In this document: piece after piece, positions 63,950 through 64,000 of the stretch
How the letters are laid out: the number at the start of each line of letters is the position of its first letter
Numbering within the stretch: the first letter of the stretch is position 1
Translations under genes and position numbers: made by a program
NCBI GenBank assembly: GCA_963719225.1
Contig: CAVRAY010000001.1
Span: 1,056,001-1,120,000, forward strand
Direction of reading: 5' to 3'
DNA: 64,000 nucleotides
Source: Thermoanaerobaculia bacterium
GTDB taxonomy: Bacteria; Acidobacteriota; Thermoanaerobaculia; UBA5066
Notes under the pieces: model-generated
Databases searched by the model: none
What the model was told of the DNA's origin: nothing
Seen by the model: the letters and a program-made list of their open reading frames with translations, nothing else

Positions 63950-64000
63950 CGGGCTTCTCCCGTGGCGGACGTCGCGTTGAAAGGACGGAGCTACCACGGC

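Overview
High-GC bacterial chromosome segment; gene content suggests an Acidobacteriota/Thermoanaerobaculia-like organism (inference only). Positions 1-44.9 kb hold stress and housekeeping genes: UspA, MscS, Na+/H+ antiporter, an ArsR-RND-DUF2892-OsmC-TauE cluster, leuCD, and a LysR-adjacent, attenuator-preceded ilvD-ilvB-ACT subunit-ilvC-leuA-leuB-ilvE-ilvA operon. Positions 44.9-60.0 kb are a chromosomal integron. intI (59037-59990, minus) is transcribed toward its cassette array and is followed by two coupled genes, a putative attI (~57969) and about 11 minus-strand cassettes, including two toxin-antitoxin pairs. The attC sites are invaded by two intact and one remnant IS110/IS1111-family lineages, each at a different attC position; one attC carries two different elements about 10 bp apart. 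In both intact lineages, a bridge/seek-RNA-like downstream non-coding region has guide segments that can be read directly against the attC target and, fully or partly, against the element's own circle junction. Independently, a 17-bp AT-rich motif (TTTTCTTHGAAGGTGAA) recurs about 13 times, often as inverted pairs inside genes, and no annotated feature explains it. etfBA and a secreted protein close the window. No rRNA, tRNA or CRISPR array was recognised. All coordinates were read by hand.
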